Shown here: positions 1 to 8,742 of the stretch, one piece after another
How positions within the stretch are numbered: the first letter of the stretch is position 1
Layout of the letters: every line of letters begins with the position of its first letter
Assembly (NCBI GenBank): GCA_965198115.1
Contig: OZ240241.1
Location: forward strand, 768,001 to 832,000
Direction: 5' to 3'
Length of the DNA: 64,000 bases
From: Candidatus Latescibacterota bacterium
Lineage (GTDB): Bacteria; Latescibacterota; UBA2968
Translations under genes and position numbers: made by a program
The notes under the pieces: model-generated
Database searches by the model: none
Seen by the model: the letters and a program-made list of their open reading frames with translations, nothing else
What the model was told of the DNA's origin: nothing

Positions 1-2342
1 TTTGGACCCGTGAATTCGGCGAGTGTGCCGGTGCCGTCGGTTTCGCGAACTTGCTCGATGATCCTTTCGAAGAGCTCGGAGTGCGTCTCGGCTCGTGTGC
101 GGATGCTCTCCCCGGGTGTTCGCCGTAGTACCCGACGCAGCCGCTGCGCCAGGTTCGTGACGTCACGCGGTTTTTCACCCAGTCGCTCGTCGAGGAAGGA
201 TACGGCAGACTCCAGGAAACCGACGAGTTCCGAAAGGTCGGTGGTGCTGAGATTGACCTGGTGGCTGGACTCGGTTTCGGCCTGGTCGACGTGTTCGAAG
301 GAAGGCATGTAGCCCTGTCTCGTGAGCAGCTGAGCCAGCGTCTCCGGTCTTGCGTTGACTTTGATGCCCGCGACGGTCGGCGCGAATCGTTCTCCGAGCA
401 GATCGGCGATCTGTTTCTGGGCATACAGCTCATCGAGTCTGGCGGGCTCGTCGACACTGACATAGCCTGTGGCCAATCGTATTTGAATCTCGCCGTGTTT
501 GTCGTTGCAGTCTTTGACGAGGGACTTGACCATATCTGGAACTCCGGTTGCGCTTCGCTCCCTCAGAAACCTGAGGATGCGAGTCGAGGTGAACCCCCGG
601 TTGAGGGCGTCGAGTATAGCCTCCCGGGTGATGTGAAAGTGGCTGACGACGTCGATGTTTCGGAGATCGGTCAGACCGCACAGTTGCACGTAGTCGGTGA
701 TCGGCAGGTCGGGCGGGGCGAGCACCTCGAGGTTGGGTTGGATCACGAATCGGGCGTTGGGGTTCGTGGGCACGCCGAATGCGATGTCTTCCTTGCTTCG
801 CTTGAGGACATTGCGGCCTGCTGCGGTCAGCCGGAAGCAGGCGCCCTCGCTCGCGTGGAGCGGACGATCAAAAGCCCCGGGGTTTCCGATTTCGACGAGG
901 CCCATCCACGAAATGGCTCCGACGAACATCCGGCGGAGAAGCTCATCGGCGGTCGTTCCGCGTGAGGAGAGCACGGTGCCCGCCGCCGGACCGTCGGTCA
1001 GGGTCTTGAAGGCGGGCGAGATTTTGGCGAGCGTTCGGTAGAACTGGCTGTAGGCGACCCACTTGTTCCCCGGGCAGCGAGCGAGTCCCGACAACACTTC
1101 GCTTCGGAGAGCTTTCAGTTCGTCCGCGCGATCTTTCTTTCCGTTGACTGGTGCGCGATCGGCCGCCCACTCGTTCCATCGATTGGTTTCTCTCCAAAAT
1201 GCGACGAGGGTTTTCAGAAGGCTTGTGTGTTTGGCGATACGGCGTGGGCCCGTTTTCGTCAGCACCCACCGGCCGTTTTCCGCGGCCGAAAGACCCGCTT
1301 CTTCGGCGAACAACATCAGGAAATCAGGATAGCCCGGGTCTTCGTCTGCTTTGAAGAATCTTCCAGCCTCCCGGAGTTCGCCCTTGGGCATCCCACCACG
1401 TTTGAGTGTTTTGGGACGTTTTCGCTCGATCAGCCCAAGTAGGGTTCCGAGGTCCCGCGGGAGGAGATTGCCGGGTGCGACGATCTGGGTCGGTGCCTCC
1501 GCGTCATCACTTAGAGCGTCCTCGGGGGGACTCTCGAGTCGACCCCCCTGAGCTTTGGCGAGAGATCGCAGAACCTTTGCAAGGTCGCTTGCGATCACGA
1601 GGGGTTGGTCGCGGGATAGACGACTTCTCTCGGGTGCGACGAACAGGGGCGTCTTCCAGATCAGATCCTCGAGTGCGCGAACCGCCCCTTCTCCGAGACG
1701 AGCTTCGACGACCGCGGGCGTGGGTTCCGACTCGGACAGGACGAGGTCGAGGACGTCCCGGCGCTCCTCGCTCAAAGCCTTCAAATACGTCTTCAGCTGA
1801 TCCGGATCAGTCAGATGACTACGAACCAGCTCGATCAGGTAGGGACGCCGCGTTTCACGCGTCCGGATGCCCAGGTCGGCGGCGAAGGCCTTGAGTTGCC
1901 CCTGGGAATGGTTGACGAGGAGGGAACGAAGTCGGTTGTGCTGGCTCGCTGGCACGGGAAGCGACTTCACGATCGACTCTGGCACACCGACGAGCGGATC
2001 GGCGGCACCGTGCACGTGCGTGTCCTGAAAAGCGAGGCCGATGAGGGTCGCGCATTCGATCATCTCATCGAAACGATGCTCGAACCCGTGCCCCAGCTCC
2101 TTCACAGCGATCGACCGGGGTAGCTCACCTCCCTCGGCGGCGAGCTCGACGAGAAGGTCCCGGCAGGGCTCGTTCAGTCTGGTCAGATGACGCTTCACGG
2201 CTGCCGGCCGCGAAAGATGGCGCGAGAGGGCGTCGATCAGTGCGGGTTTGTTGAGGTGGCTGTCGGTCTCGAGGTTGGTTTCGGCGGCGATTCGACGGAG
2301 TAGGGGAACCGGTTGGGCCGTCAGTGCGGCGCGGAGCTTCAT
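1..2342 (-). CDS. Helicase-associated (Helicase_C_3 / XPB N-terminal-like) domain protein, 3'-truncated by the window edge (>780 aa)
   Basis: Not in the ORF track because it has no stop in the window. Hand translation from ATG 2342 (ATGA overlap with the upstream stop) is open to the edge: MKLRAALTAQPVPLLRRIAAE...FVIQPNLEVLAPPDL...IDVVSHFHITREAILDALNRGFTSTRILRFLRERSATGVPDMVKSLVKDCNDKHGEI. This matches the PF13625-type pattern. Confidence 0.85.
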   Translation of the reverse strand, partial: MKLRAALTAQPVPLLRRIAAETNLETDSHLNKPALIDALSRHLSRPAAVKRHLTRLNEPCRDLLVELAAEGGELPRSIAVKELGHGFEHRFDEMIECATLIGLAFQDTHVHGAADPLVGVPESIVKSLPVPASQHNRLRSLLVNHSQGQLKAFAADLGIRTRETRRPYLIELVRSHLTDPDQLKTYLKALSEERRDVLDLVLSESEPTPAVVEARLGEGAVRALEDLIWKTPLFVAPERSRLSRDQPLVIASDLAKVLRSLAKAQGGRLESPPEDALSDDAEAPTQIVAPGNLLPRDLGTLLGLIERKRPKTLKRGGMPKGELREAGRFFKADEDPGYPDFLMLFAEEAGLSAAENGRWVLTKTGPRRIAKHTSLLKTLVAFWRETNRWNEWAADRAPVNGKKDRADELKALRSEVLSGLARCPGNKWVAYSQFYRTLAKISPAFKTLTDGPAAGTVLSSRGTTADELLRRMFVGAISWMGLVEIGNPGAFDRPLHASEGACFRLTAAGRNVLKRSKEDIAFGVPTNPNARFVIQPNLEVLAPPDLPITDYVQLCGLTDLRNIDVVSHFHITREAILDALNRGFTSTRILRFLRERSATGVPDMVKSLVKDCNDKHGEIQIRLATGYVSVDEPARLDELYAQKQIADLLGERFAPTVAGIKVNARPETLAQLLTRQGYMPSFEHVDQAETESSHQVNLSTTDLSELVGFLESAVSFLDERLGEKPRDVTNLAQRLRRVLRRTPGESIRTRAETHSELFERIIEQVRETDGTGTLAEFTGP

Positions 2343-3751
2343 GGGGTGGCGACCGAGTCAGCGGTGAACGACCAGATCCGCGCGTCAGGGTCCTCGTGGG
2401 CGTCAGCGGGCAGCCCACATTTCTGACAAAGAGCTTCGACAAACTGTCGCTGGTCCCAACCTCTGTCGACGGGAACTTGTGGAAGCAGGACGCCGTGCTG
2501 GTTTCTGACGCTGATGAAAAGGCCGTGATGTCCGATTTCTATGTCTTCGATACGCGGCAGGGGGCTCAGCGGGCTGAGAATCGAAAGTTCGATCGAGATG
2601 TCCTCGGCTTCGTCGAGCGAAAGAGGCGGAAACCTCGGGTCGGACGTGGCTGCCCTGTAAGCCATCGTCCGGACCGTTTCAGCCAGGGAATCGGCGCCGT
2701 GAACATCTCCGATACAGCCTCGCAGGTTACCGTGTAGCCTGAGGGTGACGAACGCACCCCTGGGCGATGCCAGGATTTCGCTCGATACGTGTTCGAGTGG
2801 GGGATTCGGTCTCCCCTGGGCGGCCTCGAACACAGCCGTTTTGGCGATGTCGACGAGGGTTTGCCGATCGGCGTCCGACACCGTGCCAGCGTGGGGCCTG
2901 CAAAAGACGACTGCGCCGTATCCGACGACGTAGCCACCGGTTCTTCCCGAGACGCGATTCGAATTGGTGTTCGCGACCGTGAAACCCGAGGTGGCGCCGA
3001 GGGCCCGTGTCGCGACGATGGTGGCAGCGACGCCGACCGCACCGCAGGCGGCCGCGCCGAGTGTCTCGATCTCGTGTATGAGCGCGTCGGCATCGTAGGC
3101 TTCGATGAGCCCGAGGGTCGTGTCGTCGCTCCTGGAACAGTCGATGGCATCGTGTCCGTGATACAGGTCCGAGCTGGCGATGACGAGCGTGTTCGGAGCC
3201 AAACGACGCGAAACTCGGGCAATCGCTCGTCCCAACGCCTTCCAAGGGCTGGATTCGGGGTTCCCCACGAGCACCGGAATGAAAGAGAAGTCGTCGAGTA
3301 CGGTCTGGAGGAACGGGAGCTGGACCTCGATCGCGTGTTCACCCCGGAGCTCTGATGCGTGATCCGTCCTATGACCCGTGTCCGTGCACGATGTGTCGAG
3401 TTCGTCCGCCAACGCATCCGCGAAGGCACGATCGACGGGGACAGGGCCGAGGGGCGTGTGGTAGGCGGCGCCGTTATAGATCGAAAGCCCGACGACCGAT
3501 TCCCTGTGGCTGGGTGCGACGATGACGACGGCATCGTAGCGCGCACCCCGAAGTGGCCGATAGGCGGTCGCGGCGACCTGTCCCGAATAGACGTAGCCGG
3601 CGTGGGGGGAAACGAGGCCGACGATGCGTCCGGGCAGGGAAACGTCAGGGGCCCGGTCGAGCAGATCGGTCACGGTGTTTGAGAGCTCGGCAGGATGGGC
3701 GGGGTAGAAGCTTCCGTCGACAGCGGGGGGGCGAGCCGAAAGTTCGAGCAT
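2339..3751 (-). CDS. AmmeMemoRadiSam system protein B (Memo-like) fused to protein A (AMMECR1 domain)
   Basis: N-terminal RPPAVDGSFYP, PHAGYVYSG, EHAIEVQLPFLQ, ASSDLYH; C-terminal GAFVTL...LRGCIG...DPRFPPL...GVLLPQV. Confidence 0.93.
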   Translation of the reverse strand: MLELSARPPAVDGSFYPAHPAELSNTVTDLLDRAPDVSLPGRIVGLVSPHAGYVYSGQVAATAYRPLRGARYDAVVIVAPSHRESVVGLSIYNGAAYHTPLGPVPVDRAFADALADELDTSCTDTGHRTDHASELRGEHAIEVQLPFLQTVLDDFSFIPVLVGNPESSPWKALGRAIARVSRRLAPNTLVIASSDLYHGHDAIDCSRSDDTTLGLIEAYDADALIHEIETLGAAACGAVGVAATIVATRALGATSGFTVANTNSNRVSGRTGGYVVGYGAVVFCRPHAGTVSDADRQTLVDIAKTAVFEAAQGRPNPPLEHVSSEILASPRGAFVTLRLHGNLRGCIGDVHGADSLAETVRTMAYRAATSDPRFPPLSLDEAEDISIELSILSPLSPLPRIEDIEIGHHGLFISVRNQHGVLLPQVPVDRGWDQRQFVEALCQKCGLPADAHEDPDARIWSFTADSVATP

Positions 3752-4218
3752 TACTGGATGATGAAGTCGGGAAAGTAGACGCGGAGGACTTCGCCTCTAA
3801 CGAGCATCGCGTTGACGGCGAATCGAATCTCGTCTTTGATAAACTCACGATCTTCGGGATTGTCGAGTTCCTCGACCTTTTTCGACGACAGGATCCGTAC
3901 GACCGCGTCCCGCAGCTTGGGCTGCTGCAGGTCGAGCTGGTTGTAGGCGCTGGCGGGAGAGACGCCCAAGCTGATCTGCGCCTTGATGAAGCGCAACCCC
4001 CCGTCGGAGATCGAATCGGCGGGATTGACGAGGAATTCACCGAGCGTGTTGAACGTTGCCTCGGGTTCGTCGCTGATGGCGATGTCGACCTTTACTTCCT
4101 CGATCTCTTCGACCTGAGGGCCTTCGATTCGTTGAATCACGATCTTGTTGATCAGCAGGTAGGCAATGCTGGCCTGACCGAGAACGACCAGCATAACGAG
4201 TGGCATGTAGCGGTTCAT
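3751..4218 (-). CDS. fliL: Flagellar basal body-associated protein FliL
   Basis: Single N-terminal TM, then EFLVNP...PKLRDAVVRILSSK...KDEIRFAVN...VYFPDFIIQ. ATG 4218 chosen as start. TAATG coupling to the next gene. Confidence 0.9.
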   Translation of the reverse strand: MNRYMPLVMLVVLGQASIAYLLINKIVIQRIEGPQVEEIEEVKVDIAISDEPEATFNTLGEFLVNPADSISDGGLRFIKAQISLGVSPASAYNQLDLQQPKLRDAVVRILSSKKVEELDNPEDREFIKDEIRFAVNAMLVRGEVLRVYFPDFIIQ

Positions 4219-4252
4219 GCGTGAGACCTGTAGGAGCGCTGAAATGTGGAGC

Positions 4253-4286
4253 AAAAAGAGGTTGAGGGCATCCAAGCCTCAACCTC
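4253..4286 (-). terminator. Terminator-like hairpin within the fliL leader
   Basis: Minus strand GAGGTTGAGG-CTTGGATGC-CCTCAACCTC-TTTTT (10-bp stem plus U tract). Confidence 0.55.
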
Positions 4287-4315
4287 AAAGTTACTGATTT
4301 GACCGCTTGTTTCAA

Positions 4316-4344
4316 ACGATAGGGAATGGACCCACTCAAGTCAA
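4316..4344 (-). promoter_or_regulatory. Putative sigma-70 promoter upstream of fliL
   Basis: TTGACT-N17-TATCGT on the minus strand. Confidence 0.5.
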
Positions 4345-4380
4345 GGTTGCCCGATTCAGTAGCGATGCACGATGTCGGGC

Positions 4381-4420
4381 AAGAAAGAAAGCCGCAGGCG
4401 ATGATCGCCTGCGGCTTTTC
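4381..4420 (-). terminator. Intrinsic terminator downstream of flagellin (possibly bidirectional)
   Basis: Palindrome AAAGCCGCAGGCGAT-N-ATCGCCTGCGGCTTT followed by CTTTCTT on the minus strand. Confidence 0.8.
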
Positions 4421-5743
4421 GGGAAAAACAACAACTGCTTCGAGAAACCCGCCGATTTTTCGATGGGACGCCAGCGTCGGCGGAGCGCTGGCCGTGGTGG
4501 GTGGGCCACCTGTCGACGGTTTTCGAGTTCCGTCGACTTCGACAGGAGCGGTAACGCTCGACTGCCGGCCTGCGCCTTATTGTTCCGCCTGAGCTTACTG
4601 GAGGAGCGACAAGGCATTCTGCGGGATTGCGTTGGCCTGTGCCAGGAGCGCTGTGCTCGACTGGACCAGGATCTGCGCCCGCGTGAATGCCGATACTTCC
4701 TCCGCGACGTCCGCGTTACGAATCGAGGATTCGGAGGCCTGAAGGTTCTCGAATGCGTTCTCCAAGGACCGAATCGTGAATCCGAGTCGGTTTTGGATCG
4801 CACCGAGGTCACCACGGACCCCTGCTACACGATCGATCGCCAGATCGATCGTCGAGATCGAACTCCGGGAGCTCTCCAGCGTGGCGATAGAAACGCCCGA
4901 CAGGTTGAGGTTGACGCCGCTGGCTCGCATGTCGGTGATGTTCACCTCGAGGCGATGCACGGCGCCATCGTCCGGGCCGATCTGGAACGAACCACCTGTG
5001 CCGCCTTCGATCGTCAGTGTCAGTCCGTCGAGCTCGCCATCGCGATAACCGTCGATGGCGGGGGAGGTCAACGTCGCGGCTCGCTCTCCGGAAAGGGTCA
5101 GCTGAATACCGAGTCGATCGAAGTTGGCCACGACCGCGCTGCCGGTTGCGACGATGCCGCCTGTGGCGCCGTCGCTGTCGAGCGCGGGACCAATGTCGAT
5201 GGTCTGTGTCGCTATGCCATTACCAAGTGTAATCTGGCTGTCTGTGTTGCCACTGTCGATGAAGATATAGTTGCCCGCGTCGGCACCCGTGATCGAGACG
5301 TCGAGGATACCCGTCGTGGCCGAGGCCAGGGCGGTCGATGCGGTCAGATCCTCGCTTACAGAGTTGCCGAAGCCGTTGAGCAGCGAGATACCGTTGTAGC
5401 TGGTCGCGTTCGCGATGCGGTCCATTTCCGTGATGAGCTGGACCGCCTCAGCGTTCAGGGCGGTGCGGTTGCCGTCGTTGAGTGTGGACGAAGCAGACTG
5501 GACGGCGAGCTCACGCATCCTGATGAGGATCGCGCTCACTTCGTTGAGCGCACCCTCAGCGGTCTGAATGAGGTTGGTACCCTGCTCTGCGTTTCGGACG
5601 GCCTGGCGGAATCCGCCTAGCTCTGCCCGCATCCCTTCTGATACGCTCAACCCGGCTGCGTCGTCGGCAGCTCGATTGATCCGTATACCCGACGAGAGTC
5701 TTTCGATTCTCGTCGCCAGTTGCCGATTGTTAATCATCAACTG

Positions 5744-7116
5744 GAGCTATAATCAAAAGGTGTGGAAAAAGAGAAAGGGCGACCCTACCCTTCCCGTGAG
5801 ATAGTTGATTCACACAAAACCGGGTGAGAGGCCCGGTTGGGAAGGAGGATCGCCGTGAAGGAACATACGCATAGAGCCCCATTGAAGTCCATGCCGACGT
5901 GGGAGACGGTTGACGATTGGATCCGTGAAGAGATCCAGGGCCGGTTCCAGTCCATTCTGGAGGAGGAGGCGACCGCGTTCTTGGGCCGGTCGTGGTATGA
6001 GCGCCGAGCCGAGGTTGATAGCTCCAGGGGCTACAGGAACGGCTACGGCAAGCCCCGGCGTCTCTCGACGAGCTGCGGAACGATCAAGGTCCGGCGTCCC
6101 CGGGTTCGTGGTCTGGAAGAGCGGTTTGAAAGCCGCATCCTCCCCCTGTTCGCCCGGAGAACCAGGGCCATTGGAGATCTGCTTCCCGACCTTTATCTCC
6201 ACGGTCTCTCCCAGGGCGACTTCGAGTTGTCTTTGCGTGCGCTGCTCGGTGATGGCGCGCCGCTTTCGCCGACCTCGATCGCTCGTCTTCGAGGGAAGTG
6301 GGAGGTCGACTTCCAGGACTGGAAAGAAAGGCGTCTGGATAATCGCGAACTGGTCTACGCCTGGGCTGATGGCATCTACGTCAAAGCCGGGCTCGAGCGC
6401 GAGAAGGCGTGTCTGCTGGTCGTGATCGGCGCGATGAGCGACGGCAGCAAGGAGATCCTGGCGATAGAACCCGGTTATCGAGAGTCTACAGAATCCTGGC
6501 TCACGGTGCTCCGGGATCTCCGGGATCGCGGGCTCGAACATCCTGTCCTGATCGCCGCGGACGGGAATATGGGCATCTGGGCGGCCGTTGATCAGGTCTG
6601 GCCAGAGAGCCGGCAACAACGGTGCTGGAACCACAAGATCCTCAACGTGCTCGACAAGGTCGCCAAGCGTGCACAGGCTGAAGCCCGCGCACTGCTCGTC
6701 CAGATCCCCTATGCCGGCACGAAAAAGGAGGCCGAGAAGCTCCGGAAACGCTTTGCCGCACGGTATCGCTCACAGTTCCCTGCCGCCGTGGAGACGCTCG
6801 AAAGAGACTGGGATCGGATGGTCACGTTCTACGACTTCCGAAGGAACACTGGAAACACCTGAGAACCACGAACGTCGTCGAGAGCCCCTTTGCTTCCGTT
6901 CGGCTTCGCACAAACGCCGCCAGGCGATTCAAGAAAGTCAGGAACGCCACGGCTCTCATCTGGCGTACGCTCAAGGTCGCAGAGAGCCGATTCAGGAAAC
7001 TCACCGCGCCACACTTGCTACAACAAGTCTACGATCAGAAACACTCAACCGGACCGCAGGTCGAAGCCGGGAAGATGGCCGCCTGATTTCTTTTACACAC
7101 CTATTGACCTGAGCTC
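5744..7116 (+). mobile_element. IS256-family insertion sequence (1373 bp)
   Basis: Imperfect terminal IRs GAGCTATAATCAAAAGGTGTGGAAAA / GAGCTCAGGTCAATAGGTGTGTAAAA. Direct repeat TCAACTG at 5737-5743 and 7117-7123. Confidence 0.93.
5855..7086 (+). CDS. IS256-family transposase, one-base frameshift near 6838
   Basis: AGGAGG + GTG start. YRNGY, WADGIY, LIAADG, QRCWNHK motifs. Continues in another frame as PKEHWKHLRTTNVVESPF to TGA 7086. Confidence 0.9.
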
Positions 7117-7177
7117 TCAACTGTCGCCGGGTGTTTAAGGCGATGATGTTGTTGTTCACCCGAAGTGGCATCTTAAA

Positions 7178-7220
7178 CCTCCTTGTTTGTTGCTACCGAA
7201 CCAGCTTCCTTGCCGGTTTC
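7178..7220 (-). promoter_or_regulatory. Two putative CsrA/RsmA-binding sites in the flagellin leader
   Basis: Hairpin ACCGGC-AAGGAA-GCTGGT with GGA in the loop, and ACAAGGAGG overlapping the Shine-Dalgarno; same layout as B. subtilis hag. Confidence 0.6.
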
Positions 7221-7541
7221 GAAGATCTTTCGCCCTGATGCCCCTTTCTTGGAAGCGAAAGACCTTTTGAAGATGGTGGGTCAAACTCTGGAGCTGAGGG
7301 TAGTGGCTTCGCCGCAGTCGGCGTCTATTACCCCTTCACCTTCCGGCGTCGTGTCCCCATCAGACCTTCAGCTGGTGAGGAAGGAGCGCCGCTCCGGGAT
7401 GCTGCTACTCGCGACTCGCTTGTTTGACGCGACCATCCCTTTTGCAGGACTGAACCCGTAGACGCCCCCAAAGGCCTCTCCTCCGTGGCGTCTCGTATTT
7501 CAATGTCCTACTTGATAGTTCTTGGTAGTGGCTCAGTATAA

Positions 7542-7568
7542 CTATCGGCGGGGACGAATGCGGCTTTA
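7542..7568 (-). promoter_or_regulatory. Sigma-28 (FliA/SigD) promoter of flagellin
   Basis: TAAA-N15-GCCGATAG on the minus strand (consensus TAAA-N15-GCCGATAA), upstream of fliC. Confidence 0.88.
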
Positions 7569-7660
7569 GACTTTTTCGGCGTTTCTTCCGCCAGAAGACG
7601 GTCTTCTCCGGAAGAAAGGTGGGAGTGCCGATGGTGCATACATATATATTAGATGCCGCT

Positions 7661-8242
7661 ATGGACGCGTTCCGCCTGCGGCTTGCCACCGTGGTTTCAC
7701 TGTTTCTGAATCCGGCGGTTTTCGCCGCCTGGGTGCTGATCGCGACGCTTGGTGAGGAGTTTGGCGCCCGCTCGGGCTGGGTGGCCCTGCTGCTCTGCCC
7801 TGGCGTACCGGTCCTGCACGCGGTCTATCTTCGCGCGACCGGACGGGTAAGCGCCTTTTTCATTCCCCGTTCCCGAGACCGCATCGTTCCCCTCATCGTA
7901 GCCGGTACAAGCAGCTTCCTGGCCGGTACGGTTCTCTTCCGTGCGGGAGCGCCGACCGTTCCCGTAGCACTCCTCTTCGCTCTTTGCGGGCTGGCGCTCG
8001 GTCTCGCCGCCGTTTCCACGCTCTGGCTCGTCAGTCTCCACGCGGCGGGGGTGACCGCCTCCGCGACTGCGATGACCGTTGCATTACCCGAGTGGGGCGT
8101 GCTCTTCTGGGTTGCCGCGTGTGCGGTCTCGTGGGCACGTATCGAGACCCGTGCCCACACAGGCCCACAGGTTGCGGGAGGAGCCGTTGCCGGCAGCGCG
8201 ATCTATCTGTTCACGCATCTGGTGATGACTCAAATGGTATGA
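7661..8242 (+). CDS. PAP2-superfamily-like integral membrane protein
   Basis: About 6 hydrophobic segments; VSLHAAG and SWARIETRAHTGPQV motifs. Confidence 0.7.
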   Translation: MDAFRLRLATVVSLFLNPAVFAAWVLIATLGEEFGARSGWVALLLCPGVPVLHAVYLRATGRVSAFFIPRSRDRIVPLIVAGTSSFLAGTVLFRAGAPTVPVALLFALCGLALGLAAVSTLWLVSLHAAGVTASATAMTVALPEWGVLFWVAACAVSWARIETRAHTGPQVAGGAVAGSAIYLFTHLVMTQMV

Positions 8243-8694
8243 ATCTGCCGTGGCGAAAGAAGCAGGCAAAGAAGACCGTCACAGCGCGTACGGCGATCGG
8301 AGCGATTCGACAGCTCTACAATCACTACCAGAAGCAGGCGAATATGTGGGGTTACGCACTGCTTTCGTCGCTCGTGCTCATTTTTTTGTGGGTCGGATAC
8401 AGTGTGCTTCGGGAGGTGAACTACGCTTATTTGTCGCTCCCGTTGATCGGCATCGTGATTTCGGCGTTCCAGATGTATCGCATCAAAGGCATTTCGAACA
8501 CCCTACGACAGGCCCACACGATCCAGCAACAGGTCGATAAGGCGGAGGCGGAAAAAAGAGAGCAGGAGGAGGCCGAGGCCGGTGGTGAGGCCGCCGCCCG
8601 CAATGGGCCGTCCCGGTCGGCAGCCGCAGAGGCCGAATCCGCCGACGAGGAGGGAGCCCAAGGAGACGAGGGGGATGAGGGAGACGAGGCCTGA
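8239..8694 (+). CDS. Hypothetical membrane protein (2 TM, acidic low-complexity tail)
   Basis: ATGA overlap with the upstream stop; MNLPWRKK...; 151 aa. Confidence 0.7.
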   Translation: MNLPWRKKQAKKTVTARTAIGAIRQLYNHYQKQANMWGYALLSSLVLIFLWVGYSVLREVNYAYLSLPLIGIVISAFQMYRIKGISNTLRQAHTIQQQVDKAEAEKREQEEAEAGGEAAARNGPSRSAAAEAESADEEGAQGDEGDEGDEA

Positions 8695-8742
8695 GTGAAA
8701 CCGTCCGTTCGGTAAATCTGTCCATCCATATGGAATGTGCCC

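Larger units (their letters stand above)
4595..7171 (-). pseudogene. fliC: Flagellin interrupted after codon 18 by an IS256 element (398 aa when rebuilt)
   Basis: 5' piece 7171-7117 has a GGAGG RBS and encodes MPLRVNNNIIALNTRRQL. 3' piece 5743-4595 encodes MINNRQLATRIERLSSGIRINRAADDAAGL...LGAIQNRL...IRNADVAEE...LAQAN. Removing the IS plus one TCAACTG copy restores the frame. Confidence 0.95.

Noticed and set aside
10-2123. Plus-strand ORFs such as 261-965 and 1406-1894
   Set aside because: They are antisense shadows of the long minus-strand helicase-associated gene.
4307-5620. 437-aa plus-strand ORF, and similar long antisense ORFs (22963-24201, 57509-58903, 13222-14253)
   Set aside because: They lie opposite well-supported genes and have no motifs; long antisense ORFs are expected at high GC.
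6830-6862. Programmed frameshift in the IS256 transposase
   Set aside because: IS256 transposases are single ORFs and there is no slippery heptamer. A missing C in TTCC(C)G explains it.
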